Shown here: positions 1 through 11,300 of the stretch, in pieces
Numbering within the stretch: position 1 is the stretch's first letter
Layout: the number at the start of each line of letters is the position of its first letter
DNA from: Oopsacas minuta
Taxonomy: Eukaryota; Animalia; Porifera
NCBI GenBank assembly: GCA_024704765.1
Contig: JAKMXF010000353.1
Location: 62,001-126,000 of the forward strand
Direction of reading: 5' to 3'
Length of the DNA stretch: 64,000 bases
Notes under the pieces: generated by a model
The model's input: only the letters and a program-made list of their open reading frames with translations
The model's database searches: none
Told to the model about the DNA's origin: nothing
Position numbers and translations under genes: made by a program

Positions 1-343
1 GCACCTGATTACTAGCATATTTATTAATCTCCAGTAACCAATGCTTCACGTTATCAAACGATTCCCTATCTGTGACGTCATATACCACGATGATACCGTG
101 AGCACCTCTGTAGTACGATGAAGTTATCGTCCTGAATCGTTCCTGTCCAGCTGTGTCCCAAATTTGTAGTTTCACGGTCTTATTGTCGAGTGTCAGTGTT
201 TTTATTTTGAAGTCGACACCGATAGTTGAGATATACGAGTCAGAGAAGGTGTCGTCTGCAAAACGTAGCAGTAAACTGCTTTTCCCAACGCCGGAGTCAC
301 CGATGAGAAGAACTTTGAAAAGATAGTCGTATTCGCCGCTCAT
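1..343 (-). CDS. RAB1: Rab1-family small GTPase, 5' part (runs off the window edge; not in the ORF track)
   Basis: ATG at 343; translation [49 protein letters not shown]...[35 protein letters not shown] has the G1-G3 motifs and Rab1 signature; no intron in the 114 visible codons. Confidence 0.96.
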   Translation of the reverse strand, partial: MSGEYDYLFKVLLIGDSGVGKSSLLLRFADDTFSDSYISTIGVDFKIKTLTLDNKTVKLQIWDTAGQERFRTITSSYYRGAHGIIVVYDVTDRESFDNVKHWLLEINKYASNQV

Positions 344-1080
344 AGTTATTAGCTAGATAAATAAATTAATAGAATCAACACCCGCTTATATCAAACACGG
401 ATATATCGAAGTTATTATCATGATCCCTTCTGCGTTTTCGCCGGATAACGACTTCTGCCCTGGGCAACTGCCCCCTATACTTACCTGACACATTAAAGTG
501 GCAGACAAAAGTGTATTTATGCACAGACAGTGGGGTTGCCATTTATGGAAGAGCATGTGTAATCAAACTCGAATTAATAGGGATAAATATTTCTGGAAAT
601 TCCTAATACATGCCAACTGTCAGTAGTAGTCTCATCCCAGACGCCCCCTGGTACCCCAAACAGGCCTCTATATTAGCACTCGTCCCGCAGAAGTACATAA
701 TAAATACAGCATTCCATAGCGATATTCTGGTTACTATGTATACTCCATTAATCTCGAGTGCATATATATATATATAGCGATACGTTACAAAAATGACGTA
801 ATATATTATACCATATTGAAACTATTATTTACAAGAGAATCTGTATACTATAAATAGAATTGGAACTATGATTAGTTCCGTATACAGAGATTTGTGTATA
901 TTTGTTCAAATATTCAAGGCTACATGGCGTCATTGAACTTACGCGACACATCACAGCCTCTGAAAAGTGGCACTAGTCTAATAGTCTGCATTTTGTTCCA
1001 CAATAATTCCTAGAAAATTGTGTCGGTATCCACCACTTAAGTGTCACAATTTATCCATTTTTATTAATTTACATATGTAG

Positions 1081-4000
1081 GCGATTATTGACAAATCTCC
1101 CCGAGAACCTCAAAGAGAGGTCTCAGAGCCCCCCGTAAATCTACACCAATGTTTAGATGCCTTTTCAAGAGAGGAGGAGTTAGGGGGAGATGAAATGTGG
1201 TAAGTTCAGACACCCTTGCTAATTTTATAATTGAATTAACTATATAAGGCCCTGTTAATAAGAATCTTGTTTCATCTCCGTATGACATCCCTCTAAGCAT
1301 GCAGGGGAGGAAGCATTCCATATTTCATTATTTATGACGTCCTCATAAGATAAAGTGTCCAATTCATGGAAATATTTCAATGAAACAAATTCCAACTAAC
1401 AGCAGCCTTATATACGTATTTTCACACCTGTATATTAGGTATTGTAAGAAATGTGAAGACCTACGATCAGCTACTAAGAAATTAGAGATATTCAGATTAC
1501 CCCCATTTCTTGTGAGTTAATTTAATAATACGATAAAAGGAGTACATAACACCTTCTAAAGGGGTGTCTTGGGACCCGAATATGGTAGCCTCCACAACCG
1601 GTGCCTCTGGAAACGGGGGAACTTCTGGAACGAAGTTAAAATCAATACAGCCAACTCCTAATTTCATACAAATGAACCTTCACAAACCGGGTTACATTGT
1701 GTGTACATACTTAGATTACTGTGGGCCCTCTCTAATTGTCCACTTCGAACCCCATTGTCTACTGATAGACAATTAGAGAGGACCCACTGCTTGTATAATT
1801 GTCGGTAACACACCGCTGGGTGTCAAATGTGATAGTTATATGATTATTTAAAATATAGATAATTCACTTGAAAAGATTTCAATTCTCCAACGGACGTTGG
1901 GCCAAATCTCAAATTCCAGTAACTTTCCCGTTTGAGAATCTCCAACCAGTACCAAATGATGGAGAACAAGCTAATGCACCCCAGCAACCAAACTCTGAGA
2001 TTAGAATGTTGGAAGCTACTAATGATGAAATTACACCTATTGGTGATGGTAATATATTTTCTTATTTTTTGACACCTTTCAATAACTCATCCGTTCCCAA
2101 CCTATTCCACACACTGACCCCTGTGCCAATTCTAAAATATTATGTAGACTACACCTTGGGAACGCTGCTTGAGTTTGGGGCAGGACCATCTATAGTCAGT
2201 CCCGCAAGGAGTGGCGTTCATTAAATGAGATGCTAACCTATTTTCTAAATATTTGTGTCTTTACAGATAACGCTGAGATGAACACAAAACCAGCAAAACT
2301 CTCACCTATAGAACTCCAACCAATAGAAGATCACACCTCAAGAAATAAAGTCTACGATCTATACGCTATGACGGTGAGTAATTAAACTGTACTCCGCTAA
2401 TAGGGTCACATCGGACCAGACCAATTTGGCCCCATTAACCAGTGGCTCTATTAAGCAGAGTCTACTGTGATTATGTTTATAAATATTCTAAATTCCTTAG
2501 ACACACTATGGTTACCTAGGAGGAGGCCATTATGTATCATTCGCGAAAAGTAATCAAGACAATAATTGGTATTATTACAATGATTCTTCGTGTAAAGTGA
2601 GTTACTATTATTTATTGCTCTCTGCTACTCAGCAGGACTGTATTGATAAGTCTTTAGGTGTCAAATTGGGCTCACTAGCGTCGATGGGGACATGTACCAC
2701 CCACAAATTTTACCGCTAATAAGTACACAGGCGACCATTTCGTCATATCAGACATTCTGGGTCTCTGATATTTATTCCAGTGGGGCTCACAAGGTGTCAA
2801 TTCCTGTCCACATTGGGTACGGTCAGACAACAATTGACCCTTGCGGACTATTATAAATATTGAAATAATAAATGAAGGCAGATATATATATAAAGGTGTG
2901 AATTAGTAATCTAACTCCCTTAAAATCTGAGCAATCAATTCGCTTACTCGTTCTTCTTCAAGATCAGTCCTATCTCTTGTTTTATTTTGACATAATCTTT
3001 TAACACCCCCAGGTGTGAAAATATTATATTTCACACATTCCTGAGTGATCGCGCGCTTTAATTTTAGATATTCTAATTCCTGAGTTGGTGTCAATTTCTC
3101 TTGATTCGGTAATGACTTCATTTCGGTTGGTTCCAGTTCCAATTTGAATGTTTCACCCGGTTTGAACTCTGCGTTTTCATTGGTTACATCAGTTTCACAT
3201 TTAGTTCCATTTGTGATATCTTTAGTTCCAGTTTGTTCTTCTAATTGATTTTCTGAAATATTAAATGTTTCGTTTAAGTTAACATTCTTTAATGCAGTAT
3301 TGGTTGCTAGGTCGGATAATGTAATATCTTCACTAGAAAGTACAGAGTCATGGTCTGGATCAGAACTATACTCAGATTCAGTTCTGGTTTCCTAAAAGAA
3401 GCAAAAAGGTGTGAAAATATTATTAATCATATGGTAAATCATGCAAACAGAGATTGGAAAATATCAAAATTGAATTCTACATAACTGATTACCCCTAATA
3501 GCCGTTGAAACGATATTCAAGCATCATTTTGAGTTCGGCCCAAAATGTGTGAAAATTGATTATTCATATGATTAATATTTATATTTACACACCTCAACAA
3601 CCAATGGAATTACATGTTACAGGGGATCCCAAATAGGAAATTTAATATTTTTGTTATTCAAACTTGTAAATTATACCAAATAAGTTTGCTGAGAAAGATT
3701 TTCAACCACATTCCTTACAGTATCCTAGCAACGAGACACAATAACATACACCTGCATAACCTCGTGTTCATTCTGTAAATAATATACTCACATCATCTTA
3801 TTATTGTTGTTTTTGTTGTTACAAAAATCAATTCATACACAACCATAAATACACAAGATTATCCCTAGCAACCAATTCCTATATCAACTATTCAAATATT
3901 CTTCTAATAACCAATCAAATGGCAGAAAGATATCCAATAGCCCCTCAAGTTGTCGACCCCATAGAGACACACATCAACTACACAATAGATGGTCTCATAG

Positions 4001-7000
4001 GGCTACTGAATGTACGCAGAGTTCAGTTGCTGGAGAAAGTCCGTAACATACGTGAGGAGAAGAGAGCCTCAGAGATCACGAGACAACAAATGATCGACCA
4101 ACTGATAGAAGCACAGGTACACCTCCAAGAAGACATAAGAGAAAATCCCCTCCAGTCGATGCACGAGAGAATTGTACGAGAAATGGAGGACAAATTACGA
4201 GACCTGCAAAATAATATCCCCGTAGAGACCCGATTAAAGTGGAAGTGTGACACACGTGACCTAGAAACGAGCATTTCCCGTCTAGGAGAGATTGTACTTG
4301 TACCAGTAGGAGTACCAGATTATGCTAAATTCCAAACTTCCACTGTTGCTACTGGGGAGGAAGGTATAGGTCCTGGCGAGTTGATTGCTCCATACGGTGT
4401 AGCTATACATGAAGATACACACCAAATATTCGTAGCTAATAGTTGCCATAACAGAGTAGAGATATTCTCTGATACAGGAGAGTACCTCAATCAGCTGGGT
4501 GTAGGACAGGAGTATACGCCATACGGTATAGCTATACACAGAGAGAATGTGTATGTCAGCTACGTGGGAGATCACACTATTAACCAATTGACACTAACTG
4601 ACATGAGTATTGTTAGGAAGATAGGAGGTAAGGGATCAAACAACGGACAATTCAAATATCCTAGACAACTAACAACAGATCCCATTGGTCACGTGTTTAT
4701 AGCAGATGGTGGTAACAACAGAATCAGTATACACGACACAGACCTGAACCATCTCCGTAACATTACTCATCAGTCAATGTCAGGACCAGTTGATGTTAAA
4801 GTGTCACGTGACCGCGTGTACGTACTGTGTCCATCTAACAACCCGTGTATGCACGTGCTAACCCTAGAGGGAGACAAGCTACACTCCCTCATTACCAAAG
4901 GACAAGGAATGGATGTGTTATGCCCTGTCTTCTTCTGTCTAGATCCACTTAACAACTTTGTTATTAGCGATAGATACTCTCACTCAATTCGGGTATTCTC
5001 TCCAGAAGGCAATCTCCTACACACTATAGGAACAGAGGGACACCAACAAGGAATGTTCTATAAACCCCAAGGAATAGCTATAACTCCAAACGGGAGATTA
5101 GTTAGTGTATCAGGGAATGAGAACTACCCTCTACAAATATATTACTAATTTGTTTGTTAGTTTGTTTGTTGTTATTTATTTAATTAAAACTCACACTTTT
5201 CTGGTTTTCCAACTTCTTTTCATTAATCTTTTCCGTGTTAAAATATAATTGTCTTATTTTAGACTTAACGTGTTGGTATTTAACATTCCTTTGCATACGT
5301 TTGGTTGCTAGTTGAGTTGCACACACACTTGTTACTAAAGATGGAAAATTTGTTGTTTTACCCAAACATTCCATTCTCGAGGTGTGTTTCCAGGGAATTG
5401 TTGTTGTTGTTGATGTTGTCTTTCGCGAAATTGCTTGTTTTCCCGTTTTAGTTATGCGTGTTTTGCTAAGCGATCGGTTGCTATGGCAATGCTCTAGTTT
5501 AAACAATTCTGAGAATTCCTGTCCCTCTTTCAAATCTTCAAAATCTATAATTAGTAACAAATTAATATTTTCCGAGCAAAATATACTCAAATTTTGAATG
5601 AGAAATGTAGCCAGAAATTGCCCAATAGGGCTTAGACCAAGTACCCCTATGGGAACTAAAAACACCTTTTAGACATCTGTTAATGAGAAACTTGTTTCAG
5701 CTCCCCTAATGTCTATCTAAGCATGCAGCTGGGAAGGCAGCAATTCATGGAAAAACCCAATGACTCTACTTCTAAATACACTGAGTCCTCTCTAATTGTC
5801 CACCAGTGGTCAATAGGGTCCGAAACGGACAATTAGAGAGGACATACTGATGTTAATTAAGCGTGTTAAAGGAGGTCTGTGGATATAAATCACTATTATT
5901 CACCCGTTAGTTAGTAAATATATTGTGTAATTGAATTTCCAATAATGACACTATTCATGTGACAGATAAACTTGATGCGGGCGGTGGAGCTGAAACAAGT
6001 TTACAACCAACAGTGGCCCTTGTATAACTTACAATTTTGTGGCAGTTGAGCATTCTCCAATTCAATTAATAGCTCATTTTTGGCGGGTAACTTAAATCTG
6101 TCACGTGACCGAATACAGCTAACAGCTGATTTAGGAATTGAGGTGTCAATCCTTGATTTTGCGGCTGTTATTCTCTTAGTGTGATTAGCCATGTGAGAAT
6201 CTATCAGCTGATGTGTATATTTGTTGTATGCGACAGGTGTGAAAGGATTCATTTTCAGTTTAAGTTGTTCATCTTTGGAAATTGGTCTCATTCGTATTTG
6301 CGGCATTTTTGTAAAAACTAAAATATAGATTTGGGAAAAGCTGCTTTAATATGAATTATTCTCCCAGACCGGACCAGGGAGAGTAACCTCACCCCCCAGA
6401 GGGGATTCACAATACATATGTTCACCTGCTGTAATATCCTAAAAATATTAAAATAATCCTACATTCCATTCTACTAATAATAGAACAAGCTAATTAACCA
6501 ATCAATTCTAAGCATTTACTTCCTATCATTTCTCTATACGTTTCCGCTTGTTCAATTTCTTCAGAAACCCTGCATTCTGACTGGTCAGGTAGACACATGC
6601 TCTTCTCACAGCTGTTTCAGTCAGTCTAGGCCTATAATGACGTTTCTTTAGAATTTTACGGATCGACTTGTAGACCGCTCTTCTGTTTTTGTTTAGACGG
6701 ATTCGAGTGTGCATCGTTTTGGGACGTTTGGAATGTTTAGGTCGTTTGAGTGACAACACGATTCCACCTTCGGAATGTGGTTTGATACCAATAGTCTTCC
6801 TTGGGACGCTGCCACTGAATTTCTGTGAGTGTTTGTTAGTTAAATTATTGGGTTCTTTTGAAAATCGGAATTTTCCACTTTGAACAATAAATTTAGAGTT
6901 TCTACGTAGAATACTCCATTGTACGTCTTGAGACATTTTATGCTAATTCAGAAATTGGGATTTGAATTACAATAAACATTTAACACCTGTCATATCTGAG

Positions 7001-7699
7001 CTCGAGGGAGCTGATAATTCCTTCGAAATAACCAAGGAAGTTATATGTTTTGCTTTGACAATTTGGGACCATGTTTGTATAATATCAGACTTGGATATAG
7101 GCGGGTAATTCAATATATCCGTGTTGGATATAACTGGAGTTAACTGGAGTTAACTGGAGTTGGCTGTAGTTTACTTTTCTTTGAAAGAAAACTAAGGAAT
7201 TTATACACAAATATGATAATTCTGCCAAGCGAATGAAAATGAGAATACAGCCTATTTTGGGCAGATAGCAAGCTGGTATAGTTTCACTGGGATCCATAGG
7301 GTCCATATAATGTTTTAATAACGGTCGTGAACCGCTAGTTTAAACGGCCCACTTCAATACACGTACCATGGGGCCTATAGCCGTATAGCCGATAAGAACC
7401 TTGTGACACTAGTAGCGGTCCTAGGAGAGCAAACAGGGCATTTCCCCTTGAGTGATACCCTTAAAATACAAGAGGGCAATTTTACGAGACCGAATTTTGA
7501 GTAAATTTCTTATTTTTAGCGAACAGGAGAAGAAAAGGTAGCAAAAGAGCCGGCATACCTGTTATTCTATAAACAACAGGGAGAACTCAATATTGACAAA
7601 ATTAGTGGGGATCTTCATAATTTCGAAGATGAACCTGACAGTGATGACGAAACAGAAGAGAAAGCTGATCACCCTAGACCCAAGTGTTTTCCGATGTAA
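1081..7699 (+). CDS. USP32: USP32-like ubiquitin-specific protease, 3' part; exons 1081-1199, 1439-1511, 1859-2048, 2267-2373, 2501-2596, 7520-7699; 5' exons not found in the window
   Basis: All junctions are GT-AG and phase-compatible. Spliced protein reads PVNLHQCLDAFSREEELGGDEMWYCKKCEDLRSATKKLEIFRLPPFLIIHLKRFQFSNGRWAKSQ...YDLYAMTTHYGYLGGGHYVSFAK...WYYYNDSSCK|RTGEEKVAKEPAYLLFYKQQG...KCFPM*, covering the USP His box and terminal AYLLFY box, and resembling the USP32/USP6 C-terminus. Confidence 0.88.
1721..1787. repeat. Hairpin/MITE-like repeat (CCTCTCTAATTGTC...GACAATTAGAGAGG) in a USP32 intron
   Basis: 14-bp perfect inverted repeat at 1727-1740 and 1768-1781; the same arms recur at 5785-5843 and near 16918-16975. 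Confidence 0.75.
2903..6306 (-). CDS. SPATA7: SPATA7-like ciliary protein, 370 aa; exons 6306-6033, 5544-5195, 3391-2903
   Basis: Exon 1 HQLIDSHMANHTKRITAAKSRIDTSIPKS resembles the SPATA7 N-terminal block. Exon 3 QELEYLKLKRAITQECVKYNIFT...RL...DLEEERVSELIAQILREL resembles its C-terminal block. Phases match (274+350+489 = 1113 nt). Family call is by motif recognition, not a search. Confidence 0.75.
3919..5148 (+). CDS. Intronless NHL-repeat beta-propeller protein with N-terminal coiled coil (TRIM-like, no RING or B-box), 409 aa
   Basis: Repeats such as PYGVAIHEDTHQIFVANSCHNRVEIF, FKYPRQLTTDPIGHVFIADGGNNRISIH and FYKPQGIAITPNGRLV are NHL blades; the N-terminal ~110 aa are helical. Confidence 0.9.
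   Translation: MAERYPIAPQVVDPIETHINYTIDGLIGLLNVRRVQLLEKVRNIREEKRASEITRQQMIDQLIEAQVHLQEDIRENPLQSMHERIVREMEDKLRDLQNNIPVETRLKWKCDTRDLETSISRLGEIVLVPVGVPDYAKFQTSTVATGEEGIGPGELIAPYGVAIHEDTHQIFVANSCHNRVEIFSDTGEYLNQLGVGQEYTPYGIAIHRENVYVSYVGDHTINQLTLTDMSIVRKIGGKGSNNGQFKYPRQLTTDPIGHVFIADGGNNRISIHDTDLNHLRNITHQSMSGPVDVKVSRDRVYVLCPSNNPCMHVLTLEGDKLHSLITKGQGMDVLCPVFFCLDPLNNFVISDRYSHSIRVFSPEGNLLHTIGTEGHQQGMFYKPQGIAITPNGRLVSVSGNENYPLQIYY
5668..6012. mobile_element. Dispersed non-autonomous element with subterminal inverted repeats (AAACTTGTTTCAGCTCC) and an internal 17-bp hairpin, in SPATA7 intron 1
   Basis: Near-identical inverted copy at 16749-17133; inverted repeats at 5688-5704 and 5986-6002; hairpin at 5785-5843. 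Confidence 0.8.
6526..6936 (-). CDS. RPL28: 60S ribosomal protein L28 (eL28), intronless, 136 aa
   Basis: MSQDVQWSILRRNSKFIV...FSKEPNNLTNKHSQKFSG...RKTIGI...YRPRLTETAVRRA follows the eL28 pattern (QW..R..S.F...EPNNL...YRP.L...A.RRA). Confidence 0.93.
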   Translation of the reverse strand: MSQDVQWSILRRNSKFIVQSGKFRFSKEPNNLTNKHSQKFSGSVPRKTIGIKPHSEGGIVLSLKRPKHSKRPKTMHTRIRLNKNRRAVYKSIRKILKKRHYRPRLTETAVRRACVYLTSQNAGFLKKLNKRKRIEK

Positions 7700-7936
7700 C
7701 ACAAACAACAACAAACATTTGTAGATATCTTTTATAAGTCTATAATGCTTGTATGTATAAAATTGAAATCTTAAGTTCTTTTAGCTAATAGTGATTAGAC
7801 CAATTATGATAGTTTATTATTTCCTCAAATTTTTGGGGAGGTCTCACTGGGAGGGTCTCTGGTCAGCCCCGGGTCTGCGTGATCCTACGAATCGCCTGGG
7901 GAATTTGGTCGCCCGTGGCGGCCATTCTAGATATTA

Positions 7937-8173
7937 TACAAGACTGTGGAATTGATATATCGAAGCTTAAGGAACCGTGATAATTACTCCGATATAACCG
8001 ATAAAAAATACAATAAACTCCCGTCAGATCTAACACTGATAAATCGAATACCCGCGGATATCGAATTTCTGCAAATAAGGTCCCAAAACGTCAAAGTAAC
8101 AAATATTCCATTAGTTATATTGAAGTGATTATCACGGCTCCCTTGAGCTTAGATATGACAGGAGTTGATTGTA
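7937..8173. mobile_element. Tc1/pogo-like MITE family member (TA-flanked CARTCAACTCC end)
   Basis: Inverted arms ATATCGAAGCTTAAGGAACCGTGATAAT and ATTATCACGGCTCCCTTGAGCTTAGATAT; related end fragments near 6990-7030, 12245-12310, 27585-27625, 29508-29550 and 38435-38490. Confidence 0.65.
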
Positions 8174-8338
8174 CAGCGATTTTTCTAAATAAGAACTGTT
8201 ATGATAGAATATTAATAATATAAAACAAACTACAGAAGTGAACGTGTGAATATAAATGTAAATCAAACTATATTACAAAAGTCAAAACAAGCAAACAAAC
8301 AAACAAACACACACACACCACACGCTAAAACAACAAAC

Positions 8339-11300
8339 TCACACAACATCAATGCTAAATGGACTCCCATAAATGTGTCCTGGTTCATCTTCATCACCCC
8401 ATAATAGTTCTAATATATAGTTCCCTTTCTCTGTAGCTACAAATGAAACTGACATTGTGCCATCTTCATTTTTCATTAAGGACATTTCTGCTTTAGTTCT
8501 GCCTGATAATCTGGCACGTAGAGGCCCAGGTCCTGCCCCCTCTCCTAATAAATTGTAATGTCTCAGAAAGGTGTTATAATGTGTATATTCAATTAAATTA
8601 TAGATAAACCCTCGAATCTGATAGGGTGACACATTTTGACACCAATCTCAGAGAGTTGAGAGATATCGTTTAGAAATTATAACAAGTTCCTAGATACGAA
8701 ATACTCCACAAATATGCACAGTTTCAAGTTTGTAACTCTTATAAGTTCCTCAATAAATTCGAATAAACAAACAAACAAACAAATAAACTAACAACTAACC
8801 AGCTAATATTTTATAACTCGTCAGTTGGTTTACTTTAACTTCCTTCTCAAACCCAACAGCTGTAACTTTCTTCGTATCTCTAATAGCTATTCCTATCACA
8901 TGTGCAATGAATGGTGACCCGCTTATATGTTGTCCACCCCATGTAGCTTGTATAGTATAGTCCCCCGGGGCAACAGGAAGGTATTTCACCTTCATGACAC
9001 CGTCTGAAGGGGTGATAACTATTGGGCCAGCTGGGTAGGGTCCTAGTACAGACACGGATAGCGGACCTGGTCCTGCATCTTCATCAATGTGTACCTAAAC
9101 AGTTAACAAAAACATAAATAGAAGTGTTTTTTTGAGGCTATATTAAATAATTAATACAAACCTCGAATTCTGCGGGAACATTGACCTCTCCTTGGACAAT
9201 TCCGTCCCCTGTAGTGGTACATAAGGTCCCGTCAGACACCCTACTCTCTCCTAGCACCTCAACACCCATGGGGAATCCTGGTATATCACAATCTCCCCAT
9301 CTGAGATGGATATCATAGTGTCCAGCGTCTCTGTAAAAACGAATAAGATAATTTCCTTTACTACACTACAGTATCCATGGTAACAATATGGATCCCATGG
9401 GGCAACTATATGTAAGTCAGTGGGTCTGTTTCATGGGAAATTGGTCTACTCAATGGGACCATATTGGACAATGGATAGTCTACTGTCGTCAGTGGTCATA
9501 TCCATGTTCAGTTAAATATGTATCAAGTATCCATAGTCCACTAATACAATTCTAACCTGCATGTATATGTAACGGTAATACTAGAATCCTCCGCTTCCTC
9601 TGCAACTATCCTTGGCTTCGTTGGCCCAGCTATCTTTATAGACAGAGGGCCAGCACCCGCGCCTGAGATAGGAATAACCTGGATACGAAGTGGTTCATTG
9701 GTATTTCCTCCTTTCAAACCATCACCTTCTAATTTGAGCTTTGAAACATCATTTTTGGTTTCTCCACCAATATTGACAAGGAATGGCGATCCTACAGATC
9801 CATCATCCATGGTTAATTTTCTTATACTCACATAGGAGGAGGAAATTTTTGCGAAAACAGTAGCCTATATCTGAAATTATAATTAGCCAGAGGTGTGAAA
9901 ATATGATTAATCATATTTGGTTCAGTTTACCACAAAAAAACACCATTTATCAGCTGGCATAAAGTGTCGGTATATGTATGAAGGTGTGAAAATATACATG
10001 TATAAATTTACATACCAGCTATATGAGCTTCTGCCCAGATAATCTTAACCTTATACTGTCCAGGTGAAGTTGGATGGTAGCTGACATAAATTATCTTATC
10101 CTCTTCTATCATTTCTATCGGTTCAGCTTTGCTTGGACCAAGAATATGCACTCTTAGACGAGCGACTACTGCCTCTGGACCACACCGTATGACAAAGTTA
10201 CATGTTTCACCTGTAAACAAAATAATAAACAACAATAAATCACATTATTAGCCATACATAATATCAAACCCCTCCAGTCTGATTGGTGAATACATTTTGT
10301 CACCTTTTCGCAGGGTTGTGTGAATATTTCCGTTAGATATTTATAAATTTCAAAATGACACCATTTTCACACATACACGTGCCAAATTTTAGCCTCACCC
10401 CTTGCTGGGGTGTTAAGTTATATCTTTTTAAAATATGAATATTTTATCACCTGTATTTCCACTAATAAGCCCCATTCCATCAGCTGTACATTTGTCAGTA
10501 AACTCAGCAAAATCCACTTGGTTATAGTAAGGTGACTTAGGAATGTGTTGTCCTGCAACCTAGATACAGAAATGGAGAATTGACACGAATACTAATAGAC
10601 ACTGAATTCGTCCGCTCTATCCGGTGTTCGTATTATCGACTGTATGAAGAAATAAAGAGGTGTTAAGAACTGGAACTAAGTGATTAACGTACAGTAGACA
10701 TCGCTTAATAGGGTCGCTTTGGGACTATACATTTTTTGCCATATTAATCAGAGTCTACTGTATTTACAAAACAAAACACAAACACAAACACAAACACAAA
10801 CAACCTTAATTTCAATTGTGTATTCGCCAGCAACTTTAGGCGTAAACTCAACACGAATCCTGTCACCTGATTGGCTAATATCAGTAGAATTAGGCCCAGA
10901 TGGACCGATAACATTCACGGTTACATCAGAGGGGATCAAATCTGTTCCTGAGATTTGGAACCAAGTTTTCTCGCGTGTCCTCAGGGTTCCTGTGAGTCCG
11001 GGACCTTCGGCTTTGCATCGGTGACTCGTGCCGGCGTCCGCTGGAAGGGGTCCCTGAAGGTCTGACCCAGTAGCTACTTGATTAAGGTCAGAGAGGAGAT
11101 CATCTAATGAGCTTGCAGTCTCAGAAACGGGAGGGGGAATTGGTTTGGGTGGGGGAATAACTGCTGGAGGTGGAGGTTTATTCGGTGATTTGATTGGTTG
11201 AGAGGGATAGGCTGATCGCTCTGGGATAGGAGGGCCTATAAATAGGAGAAAATATATTAACTTTCCAAAGGTAATCCCGAGAAATTAGTAAAAGGTTAGG

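Noticed and set aside
1868-2224. 118-aa ORF as a stand-alone gene
   Set aside because: It starts at a TTG and is USP32 exon 1859-2048 read through into the intron.
2620-2720. Nearby AG at about 2630 as the last USP32 exon
   Set aside because: The frame lacks the AYxLFY terminal box, which is present in the 7520 exon.
5180-5665. 161-aa ORF as a stand-alone gene
   Set aside because: It is SPATA7 exon 2 (5544-5195) plus intronic read-through.
7840-7931. GC-rich structured stretch as an ncRNA or Helitron 3' end (hairpin plus CTAG)
   Set aside because: No recognisable RNA family, the base after CTAG is not the T expected for a Helitron insertion, and no 5' end was found.
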